Origin: Minisyncoccia bacterium
GTDB lineage: Bacteria > Patescibacteriota > Minisyncoccia > SW-4-49-11
Length of the DNA: 64,000 nt
NCBI GenBank assembly: GCA_044341565.1
Contig: JBIIRM010000002.1
Span: 65,812-129,811, forward strand
Reading direction: 5' to 3'
Notes under the pieces: model-generated
Database searches by the model: none
Seen by the model: the letters and a program-made list of their open reading frames with translations, nothing else
Told to the model about the DNA's origin: nothing
Shown: piece by piece, positions 41,178 through 51,296 of the stretch
Position numbering within the stretch: the first letter of the stretch is position 1
Layout: each line of letters opens with the position of its first letter
Translations under genes and position numbers: made by a program

Positions 41178-41199
41178 TTAGCGGAAGTGAGAGGATTCG
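41178..41199. repeat. direct repeat of the 3' end of tRNA-Ser(TGA) (19/19 nt core gcggaagtgagaggattcg), att-like
   Basis: Identical to 41387-41405 at the 3' end of the intact tRNA about 180 bp away, same orientation. Confidence 0.6.
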
Positions 41200-41384
41200 G
41201 TCACAAGTAATTTACCTGACGGTAAATTTCCGCGACCCCGTCTCGCCGTGTTCGCCTTGCACTTTGTGCAAACTCACACTGGGCTGCGACTTTCTCATCC
41301 TCACGAGAGCAATGCTATTGCTCTCTGTCACTTCTTCGAACAGGAATCTCATCAATTAGGGAATATCCCAATCGATGAGATTAT

Positions 41385-41474
41385 TGGCGGAAGTGAGAGG
41401 ATTCGAACCTCTGGTAGGTGTAACCCTACAACAGTTTTCAAGACTGCCGCCTTCAACCGCTCAGCCACACTTCC
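41385..41474 (-). tRNA. tRNA-Ser (anticodon TGA), CCA encoded
   Basis: Minus-strand read GGAAGTG...anticodon loop CTTGAAA...long variable arm...AGAGGTTCGAATCCTCT...CACTTCCGCCA. Confidence 0.9.
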
Positions 41475-41558
41475 TAATGAAATATATGATAGCATATATT
41501 TAGTATTTTGTATATATAACTTATATGTTATACTCAAATAAAGCTATAATACAAAAAT

Positions 41559-42305
41559 ATGGGTGGAGTTTGGAAAAAATGGAGTAAATCTCGACAAAAA
41601 GTAAGAGGATATATTGCTCAACATTATTTAAGAGAAATAGTATATGGTGGTAGTGATGGAATTGTAACTACTTTTGCGGTAGTAGCAGGCTTTACGGGGG
41701 CTAATGTATCTGGATCTAATATTGTGGGGCTTACTATTGGGACAGTAGTATTATTTGGATTAGCTAATTTGTTCTCTGATGCTATGTCTATGGGCCTTGG
41801 GGACTATATGTCGCTTAGATCACAAGAGGATTTATATAATACAACTTATGAGGAAGAATTAAAACATTTGGAATCTAATACTGAGTCTTTTGGAAAGCGT
41901 ATGCAAGAAAAATTAGAAGAAAAAGGGTTTAATGCCAAAGATGCACATGAAATTGTTAAGCTATTTCATAAGAATCCAGAATTTGGTATTGAATGGGTAA
42001 TGCAAGAATATCATGATATTCCAAATCCTGGTGATACTAATCCAATTTTTTCTGCTATTGCTACCATATTTGCATTCTTATTCTTTGGTTTTATTCCACT
42101 TATTCCTTTCGTATCTGGGTCTTGGGATGCTACACAGGCCTTTGTAATATCTGTTTCAGGGGTAATAGTTGCTTTGATATTGCTAGGATTATTAAGATGG
42201 AAAGTTGTAGGATATGGATTAACTCGAGCTTTGGGTGAAACATTGCTAGTGGGAAGTCTATCAGCTAGTATTGCTTTTGTGGTTGGGACTTTAATTGGAG
42301 GATAA
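41559..42305 (+). CDS. VIT1/CCC1 family iron/manganese transporter
   Basis: YLREIVYGGSDGIVTTFAVVAGFTGA N-terminal signature, central soluble loop, C-terminal TM bundle. Confidence 0.8.
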   Translation: MGGVWKKWSKSRQKVRGYIAQHYLREIVYGGSDGIVTTFAVVAGFTGANVSGSNIVGLTIGTVVLFGLANLFSDAMSMGLGDYMSLRSQEDLYNTTYEEELKHLESNTESFGKRMQEKLEEKGFNAKDAHEIVKLFHKNPEFGIEWVMQEYHDIPNPGDTNPIFSAIATIFAFLFFGFIPLIPFVSGSWDATQAFVISVSGVIVALILLGLLRWKVVGYGLTRALGETLLVGSLSASIAFVVGTLIGG

Positions 42306-42360
42306 TTGACGAAATATTCAAAAAACGGCATACTATATAGAAATTAAGAGAGAATATATT

Positions 42361-43455
42361 ATGCGAGTAGCATTGGTTCATGATTATATGGTTCAATATG
42401 GAGGTGCCGAGAGAGTATTAGAAGTCTTGAGTGAAATGTTTCCTAAGGCTCCTATATATACCTTGATACATGATTCTAGTCAATTGTATGGAGCTTTTAG
42501 TGATAAGACAGTTAGAACTTCGTTTTTACAAAATTTACCTTTTGCAAAAACGCATCATAGAATTTTCCCTATTCTTATGCCATTAGCAGTAGAAGATTTA
42601 GATTTGAGTGCTTATGATGTGGTAATATCTTCTTCTAATAGCTATACAAAAGGAGTTATTACGAGATCCGATGCTATACATATCTGTTATTGTCATACTC
42701 CTATGCGATATGCATGGGATGATTATCATAGATATTTTAAGGAATTTCAATATTCTCCTTTAATAAGACCTTTTTTACCTTTTGCAATGAATTATATTCG
42801 TATGTGGGATAAAATTTCTTCAGATAGAGTTGATTATTATATTGCCAATTCTCATAATGTTGCGGCCCGAATTAAAAAATATTATGGAGCTGATTCAACC
42901 GTATTATATCCTCCTGTAAATACTGAAATTGATTTTGATCCAGATCAAAAGGGGGAATATTATTTGATGTTGGGAAGATTTCTACCCTATAAACATTATG
43001 ATATTGTAATTGAAGCTTTTGTTAAAAATGGTAAGCCTTTACATATTGTAGGCTCAGGTCCAGATGAGGCTAAATTAAAGTCAATTGCGAAGGGGAAATC
43101 TAATATTGTATTCTTAGGTCGTATGAATGATGAAGAAGCTCGAGAACAATTCAAGGGAGCTAAAGCCTTTATATTTGCTTCAGAAGATGATTTTGGTATA
43201 GTTCCTGTAGAGGCAATGGCAGCTGGTAAACCTGTTATTGCTTATGGTCGTGGGGGGGCTCTGGAGACGGTAAAAGATGGGGAGACGGGAGTCTTTTTTG
43301 ATGAACAGACTGCGGAATCTGTTTCTGAGGCTGTAAGTCGATTTGAGAAAATGACTTTTGACTCGCTAGCTATTCACAATCATGCTCAACAATTTTCGCG
43401 GGATGCTTTCAAACATCAGTTCTATACCTTTTTGGAGCAATATGATATTATGTAA
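42361..43455 (+). CDS. glycosyltransferase family 4
   Basis: MRVALVHDYMVQYGGAERV N-terminus. C-terminal FASEDDFGIVPVEAMAAGKPVIAYGRGG. Confidence 0.8.
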   Translation: MRVALVHDYMVQYGGAERVLEVLSEMFPKAPIYTLIHDSSQLYGAFSDKTVRTSFLQNLPFAKTHHRIFPILMPLAVEDLDLSAYDVVISSSNSYTKGVITRSDAIHICYCHTPMRYAWDDYHRYFKEFQYSPLIRPFLPFAMNYIRMWDKISSDRVDYYIANSHNVAARIKKYYGADSTVLYPPVNTEIDFDPDQKGEYYLMLGRFLPYKHYDIVIEAFVKNGKPLHIVGSGPDEAKLKSIAKGKSNIVFLGRMNDEEAREQFKGAKAFIFASEDDFGIVPVEAMAAGKPVIAYGRGGALETVKDGETGVFFDEQTAESVSEAVSRFEKMTFDSLAIHNHAQQFSRDAFKHQFYTFLEQYDIM

Positions 43456-43478
43456 TAGATGATTAATAATATAGAGAT

Positions 43479-44072
43479 ATGAGTATATATCGTAACTTTT
43501 TCAAAAAATACGCTCTTTTCCTGGCAATTATTACTATTGTTGGTGCCAGTATTGGTCTTGCCATTACCAAACTATTACCACCATCATATGATGTATCCCT
43601 TTCTCTTGATATAGAAAGAAAAGCTGTACCAACAGATAAGTTTTATACATATGATGGATATTATGCCATACAGGCAACAGAATTATTTGCTAAAAGCGTA
43701 GAAAGTTGGTTTGTAACCCCAAGTTTTGTAGAAGATGTATTGAAAAATGCAGATAAATCTGACTTAGATCAATTGTCAGTAAAAGATTTTCGCCGTGTAT
43801 TTACTCCAGAACAAATTTCAGCAAATCTTGTAGAAATTCGATTTGGTGTTAAAGATTCTGCATTAGGTGGGAGTTTAACTGAAGCTATTAATAGTAGTAT
43901 TGGTTCATATATTGAAACTCGTGATATTCAAGACTATACTATTCGTGTAGGAGATCCTGTTATACGACAAAAAGAATATAATCCTATTTTCTTTGCTCTA
44001 GGAGGTCTTGTTCTTGCCTTTGCATTAGGTGTTAGTATAGCTGCTATCAAAGAATATTATTGGAAAAAATGA
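43479..44072 (+). CDS. Wzz/chain-length-determinant-like bitopic protein (short form)
   Basis: TM helix near the N-terminus (LFLAIITIVGASIGLAI) and near the C-terminus (FFALGGLVLAFALGVSIAAI). Sits between glycosyltransferases. Confidence 0.4.
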   Translation: MSIYRNFFKKYALFLAIITIVGASIGLAITKLLPPSYDVSLSLDIERKAVPTDKFYTYDGYYAIQATELFAKSVESWFVTPSFVEDVLKNADKSDLDQLSVKDFRRVFTPEQISANLVEIRFGVKDSALGGSLTEAINSSIGSYIETRDIQDYTIRVGDPVIRQKEYNPIFFALGGLVLAFALGVSIAAIKEYYWKK

Positions 44073-45181
44073 ATATTGGCATAGACGCCCGAGGGATTAG
44101 AGATGGTTTTAAAGGAGGGGTCGGAGAATATACACAGCATATCACTCAAGCTCTTAGTCAATATTCAGATTTACATTTAGAAACTTTGTCTACAGGATTA
44201 AAGCAAAATCCTGGTATAGAGGGGATCAAAGATACTTGGGTTAGCTACCCCAATAAAGTATTGAATATATCATTAAAATTAGCCTCACAGCCCTATATAG
44301 ATAGTTTATTTACTCAATCTCCTGATAAAATTTGGATGCCCAATTGGAATATTACATCAATAAGTCCAGAAACTGAATTGATATTAACGGTACATGATAT
44401 TGCCTTTCGTATTTTACCTGAAGTATTTTCTCAGCGAATGCGATTATGGCATCAATATATTGGTATAGACAAATTACTAAAAAGAGCTAATACTATCATC
44501 GCCGTATCCGAGTCAACCAAAAGAGATTTAATAGATATATATGATATCAATCCCGAAAAAGTACAAGTTATTTATTCCGGTATTGATCCATTATTTCGCA
44601 AAGCCATACAGCAAGATGCAATACAAAGAGTAAAACAACGCTATCAATTACCTGAACGTTATATATTATATTTGGGTACTATTGAGCCCAGGAAAAATAT
44701 ACAATTATTAATACAAGCTTTTGAGAAATTAGCCAGCAAGGATACAGATATAAAATTGGTAATAGCAGGAGTAAATGGTTGGCTATATCATCAAATACAT
44801 ACCATTATAGACAAATCTCCCTATCGAGATAGAATACTCAGAATAGGATTTGTGAAAGTAGAAGATAAACCCATTGTATATCATTTGGCACAAATTTTTG
44901 TGTATCCGTCTCTGTATGAAGGTTTTGGATTTCCACCACTAGAAGCAATGGCTTCCGGTACTCCGACTATTGTAGCCAATAATTCAGCTTTTCCCGAAAT
45001 TGTGCTTGACGCTGCCTATAAAACCTCCCCGTATGATGTAATAGAATTAACCGATATAATGCATACTTTACTCACAGATAGTAATATGCATACATATTAT
45101 ACAGAACTTGGACTCAAACGTAGTCTAGATTTTGATTGGAATAATACTAGTAGACAAATGTATAGTATATTAAAGTCATAA
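44060..45181 (+). CDS. glycosyltransferase family 4
   Basis: [14 protein letters not shown] and [22 protein letters not shown] motifs. Confidence 0.75.
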   Translation: MEKMNIGIDARGIRDGFKGGVGEYTQHITQALSQYSDLHLETLSTGLKQNPGIEGIKDTWVSYPNKVLNISLKLASQPYIDSLFTQSPDKIWMPNWNITSISPETELILTVHDIAFRILPEVFSQRMRLWHQYIGIDKLLKRANTIIAVSESTKRDLIDIYDINPEKVQVIYSGIDPLFRKAIQQDAIQRVKQRYQLPERYILYLGTIEPRKNIQLLIQAFEKLASKDTDIKLVIAGVNGWLYHQIHTIIDKSPYRDRILRIGFVKVEDKPIVYHLAQIFVYPSLYEGFGFPPLEAMASGTPTIVANNSAFPEIVLDAAYKTSPYDVIELTDIMHTLLTDSNMHTYYTELGLKRSLDFDWNNTSRQMYSILKS

Positions 45182-45235
45182 TTTGACGAAATAGATAATT
45201 CAATATAGACTACTAGAGAATTAAATATATACTAT

Positions 45236-47431
45236 ATGTCCAAAGCTCTGATTATTGTAGAGTCTCCCACAAAGGCAAAAACAATTGGTAAATTTCTGGG
45301 AAGAGATTATACTGTTATTTCTTCTATGGGGCATATTCGTGATTTGCCAAAATCTAAAATTGGGGTTGATCCTGATGAGAATTTTGATATTACCTATGAG
45401 ATTCCAGCTAAAGCAAAGAAGACAGTAACCGAGCTCAAAAAATTAGCTAAAATGAGTGGGGAGGTAATACTTGCAACTGATGAAGACCGAGAGGGAGAGG
45501 CTATATCTTGGCATTTGGCACATATTTTGAAATTAAAACCTGAAACTGCTAAAAGAATGGTATTTCATGAAATTACGGAATCTGCTATTCAAAAAGCCTT
45601 AGCAAATCCTCGCCATATTGATATTAATTTGGTTGATGCTCAGCAAGCCAGGCGAGCTTTGGATCGTTTGGTTGGATATAAATTATCCCCGTTTTTATGG
45701 AAAAAAGTACAGCGAGGCTTATCTGCTGGGCGAGTGCAATCTGTGGCTCTTCGCTTAATAGTAGATAGGGAGAGAGAAATTGAAGCCTTTCAGCCCCAAG
45801 AATATTGGTCTATTGAGGGAGTTTTTTTGAGTAATGATACTTCTCTTGATATTCCTGCCAATCTTACACATATTGGAGGAAAACGCCTAGATAAATTTGC
45901 TTATAAGACAGAAAGTGAATCACAAAATTTGGTGTCTCAACTGCAATCATTATCCTATAAAGTAAAATCCATAGAGAATAAATCTGTATCTCGAAATCCA
46001 TATCCTCCTTTTATTACTTCATCCCTACAGCAAGATGGGGCAAGAAGATTATATTTTTCTGCTAAGCAAACTATGATGGTGGCTCAGCAATTATATGAAG
46101 GTGTATCTCTGGGGGCAAAAGGACAAACTGGACTTATTACCTATATGAGAACTGATTCTACCAATTTATCTGGTCAGGCAATTGCAGCTGCAAAAACTCA
46201 AATCACTCAACAATTTGGAGAGAAATATTATCAGGTGAGACAATTTAAAACAAAGGCTAAAAATGCGCAAGAAGCTCATGAGGCTATTCGTCCGACAGAC
46301 CCAAGTCTTACACCGGAAGATGTTAAACCGTATCTCGATGATAAGCAATACAAATTATATAGTCTTATTTGGGGGCGTTTTATGGCCAGTCAAATGAAAC
46401 CAGCTTTATTCGATACTATGAATGTAGCAATTACCGATACTGAATCGGAGAATTATACATTTACCGCTACAGGAAAATCTTTGGTCTTTGATGGATTTAT
46501 GCGAGTATATGATATTAAGTCAGAAGATGTATTGCTTCCTCATATTAATCAAGGTGAGACTCTGACAACTCAGGATATTAGAGGAGAACAGCATTTTACT
46601 CAACCCCCAGCTCGTTATAGTGAAAGTAGTTTGGTAAAAGCACTCGAGACAAATGCAATTGGACGGCCATCTACCTATGCTTCAATTATATCTACTATTC
46701 AGACTCGGGGATACGTTATTAAAAATGATGATAGACGATTTGCTCCAACTGATATTGGGAAAGTAGTAACCGATATGTTGGTACAGCATTTCCCACAAAT
46801 TGTAGATATTGATTTTACCGCTAAAGTAGAAGAGCAATTTGATGAAATTGCAATAGGTAAAGATAGTTATCAAAAAACAATGGCAGATTTTTATATACCA
46901 TTTGCTACCAATTTGAAAGATAAGGAAAAAAGTGTAGAGCGGCATCGTGATATTATTGAAGATAGGCCTTGTCCTGAATGTGGAAGTCAGCTTGAAATAA
47001 AGCGAAGTAAATTTGGTAAATTCATAGCTTGTACTAATTACCCTGAATGTAAATATACTGAGCAAAGTGATGAAGAAAAACAATTACAAGCAGATTTTGG
47101 AGGAGAAAAATGCCCTAATTGTGTAGATGGAATAATGGAAGTTAAATCTGGAAGATTTGGACCATTTTTGGGATGTTCTAATTATCCCACTTGTAAAACA
47201 ATTAAAAAAATTGAGCATAAAACAGGAGAAAAATGTCCAGAATGTAGTGTGGGGGATATGGTATTCAAAAAAGGAAAGAGGGGACCATTCAAAGCTTGTA
47301 ATCGTTATCCAGATTGTAAATATATAGAGGGAGCCAAGAAACAAGTAGGTAATTATATTGCAAAAAGTAAAAAGAAATCTACTAGTGCTAAAAAGTCAGT
47401 CACTAAGAAAAAAGCGAGTGCTAAGAAATAG
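45236..47431 (+). CDS. topA: DNA topoisomerase I with three C-terminal C4 zinc ribbons and a Lys-rich tail
   Basis: Toprim start ALIIVESPTKAKTIGKF, active-site region, three CPxC...CxxYPxCK ribbons, tail KSKKKSTSAKKSVTKKKASAKK. Confidence 0.9.
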   Translation: MSKALIIVESPTKAKTIGKFLGRDYTVISSMGHIRDLPKSKIGVDPDENFDITYEIPAKAKKTVTELKKLAKMSGEVILATDEDREGEAISWHLAHILKLKPETAKRMVFHEITESAIQKALANPRHIDINLVDAQQARRALDRLVGYKLSPFLWKKVQRGLSAGRVQSVALRLIVDREREIEAFQPQEYWSIEGVFLSNDTSLDIPANLTHIGGKRLDKFAYKTESESQNLVSQLQSLSYKVKSIENKSVSRNPYPPFITSSLQQDGARRLYFSAKQTMMVAQQLYEGVSLGAKGQTGLITYMRTDSTNLSGQAIAAAKTQITQQFGEKYYQVRQFKTKAKNAQEAHEAIRPTDPSLTPEDVKPYLDDKQYKLYSLIWGRFMASQMKPALFDTMNVAITDTESENYTFTATGKSLVFDGFMRVYDIKSEDVLLPHINQGETLTTQDIRGEQHFTQPPARYSESSLVKALETNAIGRPSTYASIISTIQTRGYVIKNDDRRFAPTDIGKVVTDMLVQHFPQIVDIDFTAKVEEQFDEIAIGKDSYQKTMADFYIPFATNLKDKEKSVERHRDIIEDRPCPECGSQLEIKRSKFGKFIACTNYPECKYTEQSDEEKQLQADFGGEKCPNCVDGIMEVKSGRFGPFLGCSNYPTCKTIKKIEHKTGEKCPECSVGDMVFKKGKRGPFKACNRYPDCKYIEGAKKQVGNYIAKSKKKSTSAKKSVTKKKASAKK

Positions 47432-47489
47432 TGTTAGTTGACAAAAAACTATAGACTGTGTATAGTGAGCTTGTTCCTCGCAAACTTTT

Positions 47490-47768
47490 ATGTATACGAG
47501 AAAAGTCAATGAACAAAGAGAAGTTCTTGCGAAGCCTTCTTTAGCCCCGACAATTCCATTACAAGAGAGATGGGAAAAAGAAGATTTTTCAATATTACAA
47601 AAGCAAATATTAAGTCTAAACCTTGAGGTAAGAGGTTTATTAATATCTAGGCACCCGGGTACAGAATTCATAATTGAAGCTTTTAAAGGTCAGAAAGAAT
47701 ATAAGGATATATGTGAATGGGGTATATATGAGGCTGGGCAGATAAAAGGTAGCACAATTTATCTTTAG
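47490..47768 (+). CDS. small hypothetical protein (92 aa)
   Basis: ORF followed immediately by an intrinsic terminator. No recognisable domain. Confidence 0.35.
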   Translation: MYTRKVNEQREVLAKPSLAPTIPLQERWEKEDFSILQKQILSLNLEVRGLLISRHPGTEFIIEAFKGQKEYKDICEWGIYEAGQIKGSTIYL

Positions 47769-47773
47769 TACCA

Positions 47774-47809
47774 ACAGGGGATGTCGTATTGGCATCCCTG
47801 TTTTATTTT
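47774..47809 (+). terminator. rho-independent terminator
   Basis: Stem caggggatg/catccctg with a 9-nt loop, followed by TTTTATTTT. Confidence 0.5.
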
Positions 47810-47832
47810 GTCTATTGTGGATAAGTTTTTAT

Positions 47833-47860
47833 TGACGGGGGGAGAAAATACCTATATAAT
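47833..47860 (+). promoter_or_regulatory. sigma70-like promoter for the mraZ (dcw) operon (TTGACG-16-TATAAT)
   Basis: TTGACG 47833-47838 and TATAAT 47855-47860. GGTGA Shine-Dalgarno-like element 5 nt before the mraZ ATG. Confidence 0.5.
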
Positions 47861-47899
47861 GGTAGAAAGTGGTAAAAAGTGGAAATAAATGGTGAATAT

Positions 47900-48331
47900 A
47901 TGTTCATAGGAGAATACAGCCACAATATTGATGATAAGGGAAGGCTAGCCATCCCAAAGAAATTTCAAGAAGACTTGAAGGCTGGTCTTGTTGTGACTAA
48001 GGGATTAGATAATTGTCTTTGGGTATATACCTATGAATCTTGGAAAGAATTGGCTACAAAACTTAGTAAACTTCCAATTAGTAGCACCAATAATAGAGCT
48101 TTTACTCGATTAATGTTGGCAGGAGCCATGGATGTTTCTCTAGACAAACAGGGTAGAGTAGTATTACCTGATTATCTTCGTGATTATGCTAAATTAGGAA
48201 AAAAAGTTATTGTAACAGGTCTATATGACAGGCTTGAAATTTGGGATGAGGCAGAATGGAAAACTTATAAAGAGCGTACTGAAGCAGAATCTGGAGAAAT
48301 CGCAGAGCAATTAGCAGATTTAGGAGTATAA
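47900..48331 (+). CDS. mraZ: transcriptional regulator MraZ
   Basis: MFIGEYSHNIDDKGRLAIPKKF and second DKQGRVVLP (duplicated DxxxR MraZ motifs). Track ORF extends to a GTG at 47879. Confidence 0.9.
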   Translation: MFIGEYSHNIDDKGRLAIPKKFQEDLKAGLVVTKGLDNCLWVYTYESWKELATKLSKLPISSTNNRAFTRLMLAGAMDVSLDKQGRVVLPDYLRDYAKLGKKVIVTGLYDRLEIWDEAEWKTYKERTEAESGEIAEQLADLGV

Positions 48332-48333
48332 AT

Positions 48334-49227
48334 ATGTCAGAATTTAGTCATATACCAGTTTTAAAGAATGAAGCTATCGAGGCTCTTGCTATTCGAGAAG
48401 ACGGGCTTTATATTGACGCTACAGTGGGACTTGGTGGTTATACTCGAGCTATTGCGGATAAGCTTGCTACAGGTAAAGTTATTGGTCTGGATGCTGACAG
48501 TAGTGCTCTTGTTATTGCTGAGGAAAGCTTGGCTGAATATGGAGATAGAATTATCTTAAAGCATAGTAATTTTCGGTATATAGAGCGAATATTAGGAGAA
48601 ATTAATATAGTGGCAGTTGATGGTATTGTAGCTGATTTGGGTCTCTCATCAATGGAATTAGATGATAGTTCTCGAGGATTTAGTTTTAGAGAAAATGCTC
48701 CTCTTGATATGCGATTTGATATTGAATCTCAAGATTTAACTGCAGAGGATATCGTGAATACATATTCTCAAGAGAAGTTGACAGAATTATTTAAAATTCT
48801 TGGAGATGAACCATTTTCAGGGCGTATTGCTCGCGTTATTGTAGAGTCTCGTAAAATAAAAAGAATTGAAACTACTCAAGAATTAGCTGATATTATTGTA
48901 TCTATTGTACCAAAGAAATTTGCCAAAAAATCTATTCATCCTGCTACTCGAGTATTCCAGGCTTTGAGAATGGAAGTAAATGATGAGATTGGGGCACTTA
49001 GGTCTCTACTTTCATCTTCTCTTCCCTTATTAAATTCAGCAGGGAGACTTGCTATTGTATCTTTTCATTCTGGGGAGGATAGAATTGTAAAACAAACATT
49101 TCGTGAATGGCGAGAACAGGGTTGGGTGAATATTCTCACCAAAAAGCCTATTACTCCAACAGATGAAGAAATAGGCGCGAATCCAAGATCTCGTTCTGCA
49201 AAACTCCGTATTATTGAAAAAGCTTAA
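48334..49227 (+). CDS. rsmH: 16S rRNA (cytosine1402-N4)-methyltransferase
   Basis: HIPVLKNEAIEAL, DATVGLGGYT SAM-binding motif. Follows mraZ. Confidence 0.9.
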   Translation: MSEFSHIPVLKNEAIEALAIREDGLYIDATVGLGGYTRAIADKLATGKVIGLDADSSALVIAEESLAEYGDRIILKHSNFRYIERILGEINIVAVDGIVADLGLSSMELDDSSRGFSFRENAPLDMRFDIESQDLTAEDIVNTYSQEKLTELFKILGDEPFSGRIARVIVESRKIKRIETTQELADIIVSIVPKKFAKKSIHPATRVFQALRMEVNDEIGALRSLLSSSLPLLNSAGRLAIVSFHSGEDRIVKQTFREWREQGWVNILTKKPITPTDEEIGANPRSRSAKLRIIEKA

Positions 49228-49235
49228 TTACCAAT

Positions 49236-49511
49236 ATGAAACAAATGAAATCCATCACCTATCTTCTAGTTATCACCATACTTCTAGCTGTAGTATATAT
49301 TGCTGAGAGTAATTCTTTATCAGTGCAAGGATATATTATTGCAGAAAATGAAAAAGATTTGGATACAGTTCAACAATCTTATACTGATCTTAATACACAA
49401 GTTGCTCAATATAATAGTATTGGAAATGTAAGTGTAAACCCAGCTGTTTCTGATATGGAAGCTAGTCAATTTGTATATATTTCTCAAGATGGTGCCCTGG
49501 TAAAAAAATAA
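49236..49511 (+). CDS. FtsL-like small bitopic division protein
   Basis: 91 aa with a single TM (ITYLLVITILLAVVYIA). Position between rsmH and ftsI. Confidence 0.5.
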   Translation: MKQMKSITYLLVITILLAVVYIAESNSLSVQGYIIAENEKDLDTVQQSYTDLNTQVAQYNSIGNVSVNPAVSDMEASQFVYISQDGALVKK

Positions 49512-49514
49512 TAT

Positions 49515-51296
49515 ATGCCAAAAAAATCTCCCGCCAAGTCATCTACTCAATCTAGAATACAGTATAATAAGGTGAGGCTGGGAGTATTTATTGTTTTTGT
49601 GTTTTTTCTTCTTGGAGGTGTTGTTGTAAGAGCGGCACAATTACAAATTTTTAAATATGCAGATTATAAAACAAAGGCAGAAGATCAGCATATTCGAGAA
49701 TCTAAATTAATAGGAAAAAGGGGAAATATTTATTTTCAAGATCTGAAATTAGGTCAGAATTTCCCTGTTGCTATTAATCGTAAAATGTATGATATAGCAA
49801 TAGATGCTAAACAAATTGAAGGTAGTAGTGAGGAGAATAAAACAAGAGTAAGAGATTTTATTAATCAAAATTTCCCCGATACAGATAAAAATAAATTAGA
49901 AGAAGAATTAAAGAAGCCTAATAAACAATGGTATTTAATAGCTAAGGATATCCCAGAAAACATTATAAAGCCAATACAAGATAATAATATAAAAGGATTT
50001 GTATTAGATGAGAAATTAGCTCGATTTTATCCAGAAAAAACTCTTGGGGCTCAAATTTTGGGATTTGTTTCTAGAGATACATTAAAAGGACAATATGGAG
50101 TGGAGCAATATTATAATGATGAATTAACAGGAGAAAATGGATTTGAAAAAGGAGAGCGAGATGGTCGAGGTACTTGGCTTGCTAATACTGAGAGAGAAAA
50201 AAGAGATGCAGTAGATGGTTCTCATATTGTGCTTACCATTGATCATACTCTGCAATATAAATTAGAAGAAGTTTTGGGAGAGCTAGCTACAGAATATAAG
50301 ACCAAGGTAGCACTTGGAGTTATTATGAATCCTAAAACTGGAGATATATATGCGATGTCATCCAATCCCACTTTTGATAATAATGAATATGGGAAAGTTG
50401 AAGATATTAAGGTATTTCAGAATCCTCTCATATCAAGTCTTTATGAGCAAGGATCTATCTTTAAGCCAATTACGGTTGGAATAGGGCTTGAAACAGGGGT
50501 AATTACTCCCAATACAACTTATGAAGATAAGGGGAAAGAAGAGATTAATAATTTCCCTATATATAATTGGTCAAAAAAAACATATGGAACGCAAACGATG
50601 AGCTATGCCTTAGAAAACTCTCTCAACCTTGGTATGATATTCATTCAAAGAAAACTAGGAAAAGAGCTTTTTGTTGCAGGTATTAGGGATAAATTTCAAA
50701 TAGGAGACAAGACAGAAATTGATCTTCCTGGAGAGGTAAATAATAATATTAAGAATATCACAAAATCAGAAAGAGATTCAAGAGAGGTTAATTATGCTAA
50801 TGCATCCTTTGGGCAGGGTATTTCTATGACGCCAATACGATTATTAAGTTCTTTTAATAGTATTATTAATGAAGGTAATATTGTAAAACCCCGTCTTGTG
50901 AAGTCAATACAAAAGCAAAATGGAGATATTCAAACTTTTGAGCCAGAAATACAGGGGCAGTCAATGTCAAAAGAAAAAGCACAAGAATTATCTCGTATGC
51001 TCGTGGATGTGGTAGAAAAGGGTTCTGGTAAAAAAGCAGCAGTTCCTGGATATAGTATTGGAGGTAAGACAGGAACAGGACAAATAGCCGCTACTGAAGG
51101 TGGAGGATATGGTGGAGATACTTATCAATCATTCATAGAATTTGCTACTTTGGATAATCCAAAGTATACTTTACTTATATCATTAGATAGTCCTCAAGGC
51201 TCAAAATTCTCTGATGTATCTGTAGTTCCAAAAATGAAAGAGCTGAATGAATTCTTATTGAATTATTTTGAAATTAAGCCAGATAAACCGATTTAA
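49515..51296 (+). CDS. ftsI: peptidoglycan D,D-transpeptidase (class B PBP, FtsI-like)
   Basis: N-terminal TM. SxxK (GSIFKP), SxN (SLN) and KTG (GKTGTG) motifs. Confidence 0.85.
   Translation: MPKKSPAKSSTQSRIQYNKVRLGVFIVFVFFLLGGVVVRAAQLQIFKYADYKTKAEDQHIRESKLIGKRGNIYFQDLKLGQNFPVAINRKMYDIAIDAKQIEGSSEENKTRVRDFINQNFPDTDKNKLEEELKKPNKQWYLIAKDIPENIIKPIQDNNIKGFVLDEKLARFYPEKTLGAQILGFVSRDTLKGQYGVEQYYNDELTGENGFEKGERDGRGTWLANTEREKRDAVDGSHIVLTIDHTLQYKLEEVLGELATEYKTKVALGVIMNPKTGDIYAMSSNPTFDNNEYGKVEDIKVFQNPLISSLYEQGSIFKPITVGIGLETGVITPNTTYEDKGKEEINNFPIYNWSKKTYGTQTMSYALENSLNLGMIFIQRKLGKELFVAGIRDKFQIGDKTEIDLPGEVNNNIKNITKSERDSREVNYANASFGQGISMTPIRLLSSFNSIINEGNIVKPRLVKSIQKQNGDIQTFEPEIQGQSMSKEKAQELSRMLVDVVEKGSGKKAAVPGYSIGGKTGTGQIAATEGGGYGGDTYQSFIEFATLDNPKYTLLISLDSPQGSKFSDVSVVPKMKELNEFLLNYFEIKPDKPI

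Noticed and set aside
41248-41541. 97-aa plus ORF and 61-aa minus ORF
   Set aside because: They span the att-like repeat segment and the tRNA-Ser(TGA) gene. No coding signal.
47396-47671. 91-aa minus ORF antisense to the 92-aa plus ORF
   Set aside because: The plus-strand ORF is followed by a proper terminator. The minus frame has no signals.
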